A stretch of 64,000 bases of DNA from Schizochytrium sp. TIO01 (lineage: Eukaryota > Protista > Bigyra: Labyrinthulomycetes): positions 2,599,648 through 2,663,647 of the forward strand of contig SMSO01000014.1 in NCBI GenBank assembly GCA_004764695.1. Direction: 5' to 3'. Positions 12,323 through 24,300 of this stretch are shown piece by piece. Under the pieces are notes generated by a model. It saw only the letters and a list, made by a program, of their open reading frames with translations. It was not told where the DNA came from and did not search any database. The stretch's first letter is position 1, and every line of letters begins with the position of its first letter. The position numbers and the translations under genes were made by a program.

Positions 12323-13500
12323 ACGGCCCCCATTACAATTTTCTAAATACCTAATTCCCAATCAACCTCTTTCTGCCACAAGTATTTGCTCGCTCCATCT
12401 AATAAATCCACATCTTCTTTAAAAAAATAGAACTCGTAGTTTTCTTCTGCTGAGCCTATCTTTCCTGTGGATCAACGATCTAATTGGCAACAATTAAGGA
12501 TACAAGACGAATTGCTCTTGATATCTATTGACCTTGGTGAGATATTTGACGATTATCTTTGACTAAATATTTGAGCAGAGATCATCGAATGCCTATTTCT
12601 GCAGAACTCTTCTGTAAGGACCTGATACTATTAGAAAATAATCCCGCAAAGCTGGGGAGTCGCCTTGAAATCACTAGATACATGCAAAATCTGTTCATGC
12701 TTTCCACCCTTTAATTTACAAGATGCTCAGTTCCTTCTATTATGTATGTAACCAATGTTGTTGATGCGTGAGAAAGTAGCATAGTAGTACGCTTTTTGAG
12801 AGGAGACATCTTGCTTTGATTCTTTCTTGCGCACTTCGGCTGTCCTCACTGGCAGAAATCATTGCTAAAGTACTGAGTGTTTTCACCAAAAAAGCACTGC
12901 TATGCACTTCCAACGACTTAAAAAAGAAAAGGCAAACTTGCATCCGTCTCTGATATATTCGTCCTTCTTTGTCTTCATGGTTTCAAACAATCGTTTTCGC
13001 AGTTTTCTACTCACTACTCAATCATCTTTGTTCATTTGCAACTCTGCTCTCCTAGTCCACTCAAACACAGCCCAAAGCATAACATCTTCATTTGCAGAAG
13101 TCAATCGTTTTCCATATAAGAACATAAGTTGATGCTGCTGCTGCTGTATTCTACTTCATTCACGCAGGTGCTTCTGTTATAAGACAGCGATACTTTTCGC
13201 AATTTAAATCACTAATATGAGTGTAAACGTACGCGTGCTCTGTTAACAAGTGCACTGATTTACAATTCCTTTCTTTGTGATTGAAAAGAAAAGAATTGCC
13301 AGATAAGAAAAGAAAAGAAGCAAAGCTTTTCTTATAGATTATTTTAAAGCTTACATTACATTTAATTACCAAAAAGAAGAAAGAAGTCAAATCACATCGC
13401 TGCGGACTTCTTGGCGGTCTGCAAAACCCCTTCCTGGGACCTGCTACCGTTTAGGAGTGAGCAGCTCCAGCTTCTCTCTACGCTTCTGCGCTTTACAATC

Positions 13501-15166
13501 ATGTGGGGTTCTTCCGTACTCTCCCGCGCCCTGCGGCCTGTCGCTGCGCCTGTTCACGCTCGCAGTATCTCCATCTTGGCTGCTCAGCGGCTGCCGACCT
13601 CTTCGTCTGCTGCCAGAACAGCCTCGAAGACCGTTTCTGCCGCGTGGAGATATTCTTTAACAGGCCTAGAGGCTTCATCCAAGCGCATGGCAGCTCGAGG
13701 ATTCGCATCCTCAGCTCGGGAAGCGGCTCAACTCGAAGACGAGGCCCTTGAACTTCTGCGAGGCGTCAAAGTTGATGGTCATGATGTTGTCACTTCTGGC
13801 GTCGTTCGTGACCTTTCTGTAGACGTGAACTCGGGAACTTTGAGATTTTCCCTGACCACTGGCAGCCCAGAAGTTCGCCAAATGTGCGAGGAGCGACTGA
13901 TGGGTTCGTCCTCAAGGCCATCTTGGCTCAAGCAGGCCCCTGTTATTTCGGTACGACCCACACGAGGCAACGCAGCTGCTGCGGCAAGAGTGTCTGCTGC
14001 CAAAGGCCTTGAGGGTGTAAAGCATATCGTGGCGGTCTCTAGTGGCAAAGGAGGTGTAGGAAAGTCCACTGTCGCGGTAAACTTGGCATTTGCACTGAGT
14101 GAGAACTTTTCTGTTGGTATTCTTGATGCTGACGTTTACGGACCGAGTCTTCCTACAATGATGGTCGAGCCGGGAGCTGAGTGGGCCGTACGCCAGACTC
14201 CTGACGGGCGCTACATGGAGCCTGTGCAGTTCCATGGCATTAAGTGCATGTCCTATGGGTTTGTGGCACCTGGAACTGGTGGAAGGGGCCGCGGCGTAGA
14301 CCCGCAGAGCGCCTTTTCTCATCTCGCGGCAGCTGCACGGACATCTAGCAATGCAGCAGCAATGCGAGGACCCATGGTCTCCAACGTCATTACCCAGCTT
14401 GCCACCCAGACTGCTTGGGGGGATCTTGATGTTTTGGTTATTGACATGCCACCTGGTACCGGAGATATTCACATTACCCTTGGCCAGCAGCTTAAGATCG
14501 ATGGTGCAGTCATTGTGACTACTCCTCAGCTTCTTAGCTTTGTTGATGTCATCAAGGGCCTTGAGCTCTTCCAGAAGCTCGATGTACCTACCCTCGGCAT
14601 TGTAGAAAACATGGCCTACTTTGATGGTGATGACGGAAAGCGCTATCGTCCCTTTTGGCAAGGGCCACCGTGAAGAGCTGCAAAAGAGCCTCGGTATTAC
14701 CAACGCCTTCTCACTCCCGATTCTGGCAAACGCCTCCGAATGCGCAGACTCTGGTACCCCGTTTGTGCGTAGACATCTTGAGGATGAGGTGGCCTGGACC
14801 TACCGCAACCTTGCTGAGGGTGTCATGAAGGCGATCAAGGACCGCTCTGCGCCCGATGCTCTTGTCTCGAGCACCCTTAAATATGATGTTGACAAGGATG
14901 TCATCGTTGCTCGCTTCATCATGGCTACGGGTGCTGCTGAGTACCGCATCCCGCCTATTGAGTTGCGCAAGCGTCTTCGCCGTGTCGATGACATGCTTGG
15001 CAAGAAGGTTGAGGACCTTGATGCCAAGATCCAGCCTACTAAGATTGACGCCATGGGTAACTACGCCGTTTCTATTGTCTGGTCTGATGGCCACGATGCT
15101 TCCATCTACCCGTTCAATGATATTCGTGAGGCCTGCAAGGAGTTTGAGGAGAAGGGTTCCAAGTAA
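13501..15166 (+). CDS. HCF101: HCF101-type Mrp/NBP35 Fe-S carrier ATPase (DUF59-like + P-loop + DUF971) with a mitochondrial-like presequence; +1 frameshift at 14653-14656
   Basis: R/S/A-rich N-terminus, VSSGKGGVGKSTVAVNLA, DADVYGPSLP, DMPPGTGDIH, VTTPQ, ENMAYFDGDDGKRYRPF. It continues in the +1 frame as GKGHREEL...MGNYAVSIVWSDGHDASIYPF (DUF971). Removing one T from CCCTTTTGGC restores a single ORF. Confidence 0.88.
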
Positions 15167-16246
15167 AAAAATAGTCGCACGTCTTGCAATTGCGCATATA
15201 AATTGCCACAAGCACCCATACCTACGGAGAAAAATATATCAAGGTCGATGCAGACACATCTAGCTGGTTTTAAATTCCAGTCTTGCATCATTCGAACGAA
15301 TAGAGAGAGTGAGAGTAAGCAGACAGCTGCTTTCAATCGGAATATTTCATTCATGTAATTACGTCTGTATCCGTTTTTCTTTGTTTCATTGAGGTAAAGG
15401 GTGTATTTCTTCTATAGCGAGCCTAGCTGCCAGCCAGCCAGCCAGTCAGTCAGTCCCATTTTCGCCTCCTCCCCTGAATGCTTCCGAGCTCGGAGACGAA
15501 AAGGTACTTTGCATTTTTGATACTTCCACTATGCATGCATGATTATTTCTTTTCATAAACTAAAAAATTACAAAATAATCTCTTGTCTCCCGGATTGTCC
15601 AGATAGAATTTATATTGTTTGCATTTATGAACTCTAGTCTTTGTGTCCGTGCATTTACGGGCTGTTCTGTTGTTTCAATTTTAATAGTTAAAATACGAGT
15701 TCGTTGCTGTATTTTAAACCTTCTAGCTGTTGTTGAGCAAACACCTAATACTTGAGACTAAAGCTTTCTATAGCGATGTCATCCTTTCAACCAACACTTA
15801 ATTTTCATTGTAATTATTTCGGGAGAGGGGGTCGATTGATATGCAAATTCATTCGACTTAATGATTGTCACCCACTCTCAATTCGTTGTGAAAATTGATT
15901 TTTTCGCAGTCATTCCTGAAGGAACATCAATTTTAAAAATAGTGATAAATTAATTGAGATCAAAGGATCAAATTGGATAATTTTTTAAAATTTGAAAGTG
16001 ATCATTTTCATATCTCTTAGATTAACAAAACTATTTAGGATTATATCAATCAATACACATAACATTCCTGCCATAACGCCACAATTGCTTTGCGCCATAT
16101 ACTTTGCTTTGCGCCATATACTTTGCTGACACCTTGCTAGCCTTAGCAACAAGAATTGTTAACGCCTGAGGCAAAGGATAACGGCAGAATCAGCGCACAA
16201 CTCAATTAAGTTACCTCGTGTCTACACATGTCACTCGACAAATAAA

Positions 16247-16555
16247 TTACCATCCATCATCAAAAGTGACACTCACGATTAGCAACCGTTGCAGGCTCTC
16301 AAGTGTAGCCACGTTGAGCTGGAAATACAAGACCCATGCGAAGAGAGCTGCAATGTAAACTGCTGCACCTATCGCAGAACCGTACACATAAAACTTAAGG
16401 TCTGGGTGCACGTTGACGGATTTGAGTTTACTCCAGTGAAATACTGAGCTCAGAAGCCACAGCAGGGGAAGACAGAAGAAGCCTGCATAAAAGAATCTCC
16501 TCGCAGTCTTAAGATCCTCCTCTTCTGGACTCAGTGGTGGTCGCTGAGTATTCAT
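16247..16555 (-). CDS. PEN2: Gamma-secretase subunit PEN-2
   Basis: 102 aa, RRFFYAGFFCLPLLWL...YVYGSAIG....AWVLYFQ. Size and two hydrophobic segments match PEN-2. Confidence 0.88.
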   Translation of the reverse strand: MNTQRPPLSPEEEDLKTARRFFYAGFFCLPLLWLLSSVFHWSKLKSVNVHPDLKFYVYGSAIGAAVYIAALFAWVLYFQLNVATLESLQRLLIVSVTFDDGW

Positions 16556-17874
16556 AGTTATTTGCTTGCTTTTGGACGTGCGTCTATTCCTTGAAAGAGT
16601 GAACTTCTATTTCTTATTTCTTCACGCCGTCGGTCAATCGCAGACTCCAGACTCCCTGAGCCTGAAAGACAGCAGCGAAGCACAATAATGCAAGCTTCGA
16701 CTCCACGAACCCCTTCGCGAGGTCTGGAGCTGGTATCCTGCGCAGAAAGCTGCAAGTAAAGTAGACTCCAGAGTCCACGAGTCCAACTCAGTTTGGGTTT
16801 TGCAAGTTTTAAAGTCATTTCTTTAGCGATAGTTGTGTTTTAATGGGGCTATTTGTCTTGTGCAATGAATAGGCCATTTTAGTAGTTCTTTGCGAAATGA
16901 CAGATATGGGTCATGAGCTGGATACATGCAATGAAGGGAGCTTGCTAGTGCCAACATCGAGAGAACATCATGCGGGCAAATAGAAGCTTAACCGGGCGGT
17001 GATGCAGATAACGACTACACACTATAATCTAGCATGTGCTTTAATTGAAAGTATCGCATCGAGAGGCTCAACAATTTATCCAAGTTACGTGTTATCTGGC
17101 CTTTCACAAATTGCCCCTTCAGTGTTTGCAGAAATAAACAAGTGGAAACATACCGGAGACAACTGTTTATTTTTGCTGGAGTGATTGTATACTGAGCTAT
17201 AAATATTGTAAAGGGTGCCGCACCATGTTATGCGCTGGAATCAAGAAGGATTCTGAAATGAAAATTAATGATAATAATGATAACAATAATAATACAATAT
17301 TAATGCTACCGAATGGTTTCTACTCATTCATATACAATGCAGGATCAGAAAATAGAGCCTTATTATAATAGATTCTTATTATTTATTTAGGGCTGGGCCC
17401 ATTTAGTTTTGTTTCCCCTGAAAATTTACTTTGTAGCACATGAATGGAAACGATGAAAGGATTTTTAAAGATTCCCTCCCGACTTCTTCTTTCTTGCTTT
17501 GCATCGCACCACTTCGGGTTTTGCAACTGAGCTACAAAAGCTACCAAGCACCAACATCAACTCTTCTCACCAAGTCCGAACCCAGTGTACCCCATGCCCC
17601 TTTGCAGGATTGTTATCATATGAAGCCTCAGGAATTGCTGTTTTGGGCACATTACAATCTCATTTATAATTTAATAGTAGGACTTGATTTGGCCTGAGCG
17701 TCACAGGGAGTAATAATGAAAGTAATCCCGGAACTTGCCCAAGCTCCAAAGAACTCGCCAGAAAACCCAACTGCGTTGACCACTAGACCCCGTTAGCGAG
17801 CTCGAATAACCTTCATTCTCACATACGTGCATTATACTACGGACGAGCTATCACACGCTTCCACGGCAAGCAAG

Positions 17875-18610
17875 ATGACGAGAGTCTCCAACTGCCGACG
17901 CTCAAGACGATCATTCTTTGCAAGCGTAGTCTTCGCCGTTCTCGTGCTAGTTGGTCTGGAAAGGGTGCATGCTGTCGAAGATATGACAGCAGAAGTTAAG
18001 CCCAAGTTCTCTGCGAGTTCTGATGCAAGCGCCCTCGAGTGGGCTCTTGCTGACTCAGGCGAAGAGGACAGAGAAAGTGGGGTGACTATCGTGCCAGAAA
18101 CGAAAGAAAATGGAGTTCTGCAAGAAAATGGTAACTCGCAGTACTCCAACCTACTCCGCGCAAGCAATGGGCAAGGTGGTAGAGGCGAGGGATGTAGACG
18201 ACAATACGTGTCCCTTTATCTATGATGAATATGTCTTTAAGCTTCCAGGCAATATCTACTGGCATTTCCGTCCATCAGATCATGGCTTTAGCCATGGTTA
18301 CTATTGCTCTATTTCCTCTACCTCTGGCTTATCTAATTACTCCTATAATTTTGGAGGCTGTGAATGCCCACCCGCAAGATTTTGCTCGCAAGACTGGGGC
18401 ACAGTAGATGTTAGCCTGAGTGTTTTTGGCAAGCTTGAGATGCAGGTTGGAAAATGTCAAATGTATAATTGGATTCTCATCATGCCCATTGTGATTTTCT
18501 TCTGCCTTGTATGCTGCTGCTTGCGATACTGTGGAAAGAAGTCTCCTCGTGCCCGAGAGGTCATCATTGTGCGCGCTGACCCACGCAGCGACTACGCTCG
18601 AATGACTTAA
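17875..18610 (+). CDS. Putative type I membrane protein (signal peptide, Cys-rich ectodomain, TM, juxtamembrane Cys cluster), split by a frame change near 18131-18171
   Basis: Signal-like FFASVVFAVLVLVGLERVHA in one frame. The +1 frame carries the Cys-rich segment, TM WILIMPIVIFFCLVCCCLRYCG and a terminal YARMT. The frames join by deleting one G of GGG at 18169-18171 or by a 34-nt GT-AG intron at 18131-18164. Confidence 0.65.
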
Positions 18611-19022
18611 ACTGATCTAATTCTTTGTGCGGCCCGCGTGCTACAAAACCAACCAGCATCTTTGTGATGCTCCCTCTCTCACTTGAGTCAGCCCAGGTCC
18701 CTTGTTGATATGCAAATGAGCCTTTCCAACTCTGCGTGGAGTCGTGCCTCAATATCATGCTTGTACAACAATAAGAAAGCAAGTAAGCGCACAAATTTAT
18801 CTTACCTCTTCTCAGCTGATAAAAATTTACATCTTATCTAGTGTTAAGACTGAAGGCTGCAAGACTCAGCCATAATAGACTTTCATGAAGAACTTATGTA
18901 AAGCCCGTCTAATAATGATACATGTTACGCAATGCAAGAGAGAATAAATTTAGAATATATATATATATATATATATCAAAGTTCTTTTTAGATGTTGGTA
19001 TTTCATTTTCTGCCAGATTAAT

Positions 19023-20696
19023 TTATGCAGCATCTCCAACACGGTTTGCGCATTGCTGAATGAAATCTAAAAAATTGTGAGCGCCGACGCGGGACTTCCA
19101 AGCTTCCTCATCATCTTCACTGTAGCGCAAGATTTGCAATACTGCTAGGAGAAAGTCGGAAAGAACAAGTCCAGATAATGGACTTGCCTTACGATTCAAA
19201 AAGGCTCTTTGTGCACTTGAGAAAACATCTTTACAACGATCCAAGCGATCCATGGGAGTAGTTCCCGAAACAATTTTGCTTTCCGAACCTTTCTCTTCTC
19301 CCTGATTGCCTGACCCGATCCATGCTTCCACAACGTCTGCTGGCAAAGCATCGTCACACCAAAGCATAAACTCTTGTAGCGACATGACTGCGGGAGTGCC
19401 ATGCACCTGGGACTGAATACATGCACTCTCAAACATTGCCTCGAAGTTACGTGCGGGTTCGCGTTCTTTTGCCCTGCGACTACGAAATGTACGTGTTACA
19501 GCTTGGCGCCACATGGGAGCCCGAATCGAATCAACTTTGTCTGCATTTTGAAGTGATTTTGCAGGCGATGTGATGCACTCGTCCAAAATGCGTTGTACTT
19601 CTGACAGCATTACAACTGAAGTTGTTGAGAACTGTGACGATGCCACACTTAACACCATACCAAGAACCTCGTAGCGCATTACCATTGCATTGATTGGATC
19701 AGCATCGCGGATTCCAGCTCGTAGTCTTCGTAGCATGTCATCAACTGCTTTTGGAGTTTCCTTAAGATCCACAAGACCACAATGATGAACGAGGTGCTTA
19801 CATTCATCCAAGGTTAAAGAAAAGGGATCGGCACGATGGCCTGTCCATGTGTAATAGTCGATGATATGACAGAGATCCTCAAAGGCATTAAGTACCGCGC
19901 TACGGGTGTCCTCCTCCTTTTCTTCGTCGAGTTCACCCGTGCGTGATTCTGAAAACCAAATCTTAAAGTCTTGGCATTTGCGAATATTCCGCCAGTCACG
20001 CTCAACCTCAAATGCAATCCGTTCAGGTCCATCAAACAACGTATGAATACCAGGTGGCAAAAATTTACCGCTCATACCATTGCGAGGGTCAAATTGGTCA
20101 TCTTCTTCTCTTTGTTTGCTTTCGTCATGAGCATGTTCATCAAGGCCAAGTTTTGCCCTCTGGCGTCGAGCATGCTGCTTCCCAGCATTTGAGGAGCAGA
20201 ACGCATTAGCTTGCCATTCTTGATATTCAGGTGCGCCGTCTTCACCAAGTTTCACTTGGAGAGACAACTCGACTTCAAACTCGGCCAAGCAACGTTCCTC
20301 GCCGTGGCGTTTCGGACCAAATGTGTTGATTGCATCGCTGATCGTCATTGTTGAGTCCACATTCTCACCACCGCAACGAACACCCACAGGCAAATAATTT
20401 CCCATGTCTAGAAGAGCATCCTCACGTTGTCTTTGTTTGCCGTGTGCTTGCACAAGGGATTCATAGCGTTGTGCAGCTACCAAGCTAAGCCATTTGATAG
20501 ACTGCCCCGCCTCACCTACTGCCACGATAAACGAGACGTTGCTCACACGCACTCTTACAGATACGCCGTATTCTACCTCTCCGCCCTTTTGTGCATGGTC
20601 ATGTGCACTGCGATAGGTATGAATGTTACCACCGCTGACTTTAGTCTCGTGATCATCAGACTTCCGCTCAGCAGCGCTCAAGTCTTCTCTAAACAT
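19023..20696 (-). CDS. Hypothetical protein with a Par3/HAL N-terminal (PB1-like) type domain
   Basis: Long ORF with first ATG at 20696. VRVRVSNVSFIVAVGEAGQSIKWLSLVAAQRYE resembles the Par3/HAL-N fold; downstream helical, EF-hand-like segments (FSLTLDECKHLV, MSLQEFMLWC). Confidence 0.65.
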   Translation of the reverse strand: MFREDLSAAERKSDDHETKVSGGNIHTYRSAHDHAQKGGEVEYGVSVRVRVSNVSFIVAVGEAGQSIKWLSLVAAQRYESLVQAHGKQRQREDALLDMGNYLPVGVRCGGENVDSTMTISDAINTFGPKRHGEERCLAEFEVELSLQVKLGEDGAPEYQEWQANAFCSSNAGKQHARRQRAKLGLDEHAHDESKQREEDDQFDPRNGMSGKFLPPGIHTLFDGPERIAFEVERDWRNIRKCQDFKIWFSESRTGELDEEKEEDTRSAVLNAFEDLCHIIDYYTWTGHRADPFSLTLDECKHLVHHCGLVDLKETPKAVDDMLRRLRAGIRDADPINAMVMRYEVLGMVLSVASSQFSTTSVVMLSEVQRILDECITSPAKSLQNADKVDSIRAPMWRQAVTRTFRSRRAKEREPARNFEAMFESACIQSQVHGTPAVMSLQEFMLWCDDALPADVVEAWIGSGNQGEEKGSESKIVSGTTPMDRLDRCKDVFSSAQRAFLNRKASPLSGLVLSDFLLAVLQILRYSEDDEEAWKSRVGAHNFLDFIQQCANRVGDAA

Positions 20697-21312
20697 GATC
20701 TGCTTTCCAGTTGATGAAAAAGAGAGTGTCACTCAGTAATCAATGTCTGCAATGTCTCACCTCCTTTCAACGTTTCTTGATGGAGTACACGACCTCAACC
20801 AATGTCACTGTACCTTACTTGAGACGTCGTTGAATGGATTTTAGTGACACTCGGCAGCAGATGTCGCTTCGTACAGATGATAGGCACCATTATATATTGA
20901 ACATGATCTCTTTAAAACAGCAGAGAGCTAGCACTATATTCAGTATAAATAGGGTTGATTAAAACCAAAAGAATCATTTTTTGGATTCTAATTTAGCAAG
21001 AGAAGTCAGTCATATTTGTTGACGAGGTACATTTCAACGGCCACTTTTTTCCTTTTTTTTAATAACTATTTTTTAACTTTAAAATAACCGTGTTCCTCAA
21101 AACTTAAAAGATCTCAAATTTATTACTGAATTAAGACAAAACGGTGTGCACCAACAAGTCATATTAATTGTACCATGTGAAAGGAATGAGCCCAAAGCTC
21201 ACCAACACTTTGTTAAATTCGTCATAAAGAGGCAACAAAGAGAGAAAAAATGGCTACCAAGGGTAGATCTCAAGGAAATAATTACGTTTTTGTACAAGGC
21301 ATGAGCAAAAAA

Positions 21313-24300
21313 TTATTTATTCGAAAGCTTATATTCAAGCTCATCCTCATAAAGACCGGAGTTTTCCTCAGACTCCTCAGCCTCGGCAGCAGCGGCGATG
21401 TTGAGCTTCTGGAGATTAGAAACCTGACTAAAAGCAAAGTTAATTTCTGGGAACGGAGTTGGGGGGGGGGATTTAGCATCATCCTGATTTATGCAATCAT
21501 TTTCGTCCTCTTCATCATCAGAAAGCTCTCGGTCATACTCATCATCATCCATGACAAGACTCTGACCTTCCCCACTAATGTAGTCGTTATCTTCCGCACT
21601 TGGATTGAAGCCACGTGAAGATTTTTTTTCAAACTCACTCGTGAAGCCTGTTCCACTATGATACGAGTTGTTTGGGCTTGCTTTGGTGCTAGTATAGCCT
21701 GTATAGCTCATGGTATCATGTTCATTTCCAACAGTGTTGGTGCTCCCATAATTGTTATTACTCTTGATACTAACAGCCCCAATATTGCTGTAAACACTAT
21801 TGTTACTCATGCTACTGCTGCCATGGTGACTTGCACGACCGTCCTCTGCGCGGGATGAATTCGGTTGAACACATTCCTCCGCCACATCTGCGTTATTTGC
21901 AAAATATTTGGTGTCAACTTCAGAATCCAGGCGAGGGATAAATGGTACAGTATCTTCTTCGCCTTCGAAATTACCAGATTCTAGCATAGTCCACTTAATG
22001 CCTTCAAAGAAAGGGTGACCCTGAATCTCAGCAGCGCCTTCGTTTCCAAGCCGTTTGTTGGCATTTGTTTGCAACAGGCCATCAAGAAGATCCCACGCCA
22101 GGTCTGATGCAGTGACAGGGGCCCGGGCTTCCTCGGGTGGCAATTTACCAGAGAGAATATTGTTGAAAATGCGTTGGGGCGTCTCATCATTGAAGGGAGG
22201 CATTCCAAACAGCATTTCATATATGATAATACCGAGCGACCACCAGTCACAAGCAAAGCCATGACCGGTTCCAAGAAGGATCTCAGGTGCCATATAGTCA
22301 GGTGTGCCTACTTGGCTACGCATAAGACGGCGTCGTTCAGCATGCGCTGAAGGAGAAGACGATCGATGGGTTTTACCAAATTGCATTCTTGTTAATGCCC
22401 GACGGCGACCTTGAGAAGAAGAACTACCATAGTTCTCTTGGTCAATAACAGAGTCAGAGTGGTACCCAGAAGAAGATGCGGAGCTAGGAGGTAATAAGTC
22501 CTTGCCTGTCGATGCATCAAGCCCCTGAACAATACCAATATGAGAAAGTCCAAAGTCCGTCAACTTAATATGTCCGTCGCGTCCAATCAAAATATTGTCC
22601 GGTTTCAGGTCACGATGACATACATTAAGCTGTTCATGCAAATATTTGAGAGCTACCACAATTTCTGATGCATACCACCGAACAGCTCCCTCAGGGATGA
22701 CCCCATATGTATTAAGTAATGAAAGGATATCGCCTCCCTGGACAAACTCCATGGCCAGGAACAGCCTTGTGCGGGTCTCAAACGAAAAATAAAGCTTTAC
22801 CACGAATGGGCAATCTGCTGCACGGGCCATAACGTTACGCTCGGCAACAATCCGAGCAGCAAGGTTTTTCCGCATGACTTCTGCTTTATCCATGACTTTC
22901 ACAGCATAAACATCACCGGTACGACGCTTCACGGCAAGAAAAACCCGACCAACAGAACCGCGCGAAATTACTTTTGTGAAGTCAAATTCTTTGGGTGATG
23001 GATTGGGGGGTCGCTTCGTTACACTTGAATTACGGCGGTGTGAGGTATTTGATGATTGCGCAATTGCAAGATCAAGGGCCTCAACAGTGAGGGCCTTGAG
23101 GCTGCTATAGGCTGGTGATTTTCCGAGGCTGTCCAATACATTTGCCAAAGACTCTTGTGCTTGACCAAGAATCTGCCTTCGTGAATGGGGAGACAGGCCA
23201 TTATCCTCACCCGCTCGAGCCTCAACAATATAATTAATACCAGCAGCAATTTGATCGATAATTGCCGCATATTCCTCAAAGGAAATTACTTCAATCTCTT
23301 CAGGAGCACGAGTTCTAGTGCGGGCGCGCTTGAGCGATGCAAGGAGACTTTCTAGTCGACACTCTTTATAAATGTCCTTGTATGACTCCAGGCAATTTTT
23401 AAAATGAATTGCGGCCAAACTCCGCGGGATCACCTCTTCACAAATGCGGCAACGAACACCTTTCAGCCTGACAGTCGAAGAAGGACCTGTTATAGAGACA
23501 ATACTTCCCGAGCTATCGATTGTTGCAGTATTATTGCTTGCTATTGCACTAACAGGAGCGGATGCAATAGCCCCGCTTGTGGCATGGCGTAAGGAGCTTT
23601 GCTGTGCAGGTAGTGAAAGAGTCGCGGTGGTTGACGTAATTGATCGACTTGGCCGGCTTCTTGGCGGGATTGAGCGACCCGGGGTCAGACTTCCAACAGT
23701 ATCAGCTGCAGGGCACTGCATACGTTGCTTAGATTCAATTTTTGTTTGCAGATGTGAGAGACGATCATTAAAGCCAGCAAGTTCACGCTCAAAGTACTCT
23801 GAAGGGTCATCAAGAGTCTCTGTATCCGAGGCTCCATGAAAAGTACTATGGGGGGAGTCTGGTGTGGCCGAGCATGGCGCTGGAGGAGTGAAAAGATCAA
23901 AATCACAGCTGCTACTACATAAGTTTCGCATAGCTAGGTGTTCAGAATGTTTTTGGTCCTCGTCGGTGAGTAGATCGATAGCCAGGGCACGACGTGTGTA
24001 AGGGGCAACTGCAAAAAGAAAGATTGCACAGCATCTGCTTTCGTAGAACTTGAGTTGCAAAATCTCTTCCACAATCTCCACTAGTTTTGTATGATGTTCA
24101 TGATCAGATTCAAGGACGCTTGCATTTAGAAACCGCTGGGCTAAATCTTCTATACGTTCGCGAGCATACAGAATTTCGGGGTCAGCGGTAGGCTTTGAAT
24201 CATATACCTTAGCAATTTCCTCTAGTGCAAGTTGGAGACTATTATCAGCCCTCAATTTGGCACGTGACCTTGCTTCATGGAGCACACGAACATCGTGAAG

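Noticed and set aside
11429-12422. Long antisense and alternate-frame ORFs over transaldolase (310 aa, 289 aa)
   Set aside because: Shadow ORFs produced by the strong codon bias of a highly expressed gene; no independent motifs.
16085-16127. 19-bp tandem repeat ttgctttgcgccatatact x2
   Set aside because: Ordinary slippage duplication downstream of PEN-2.
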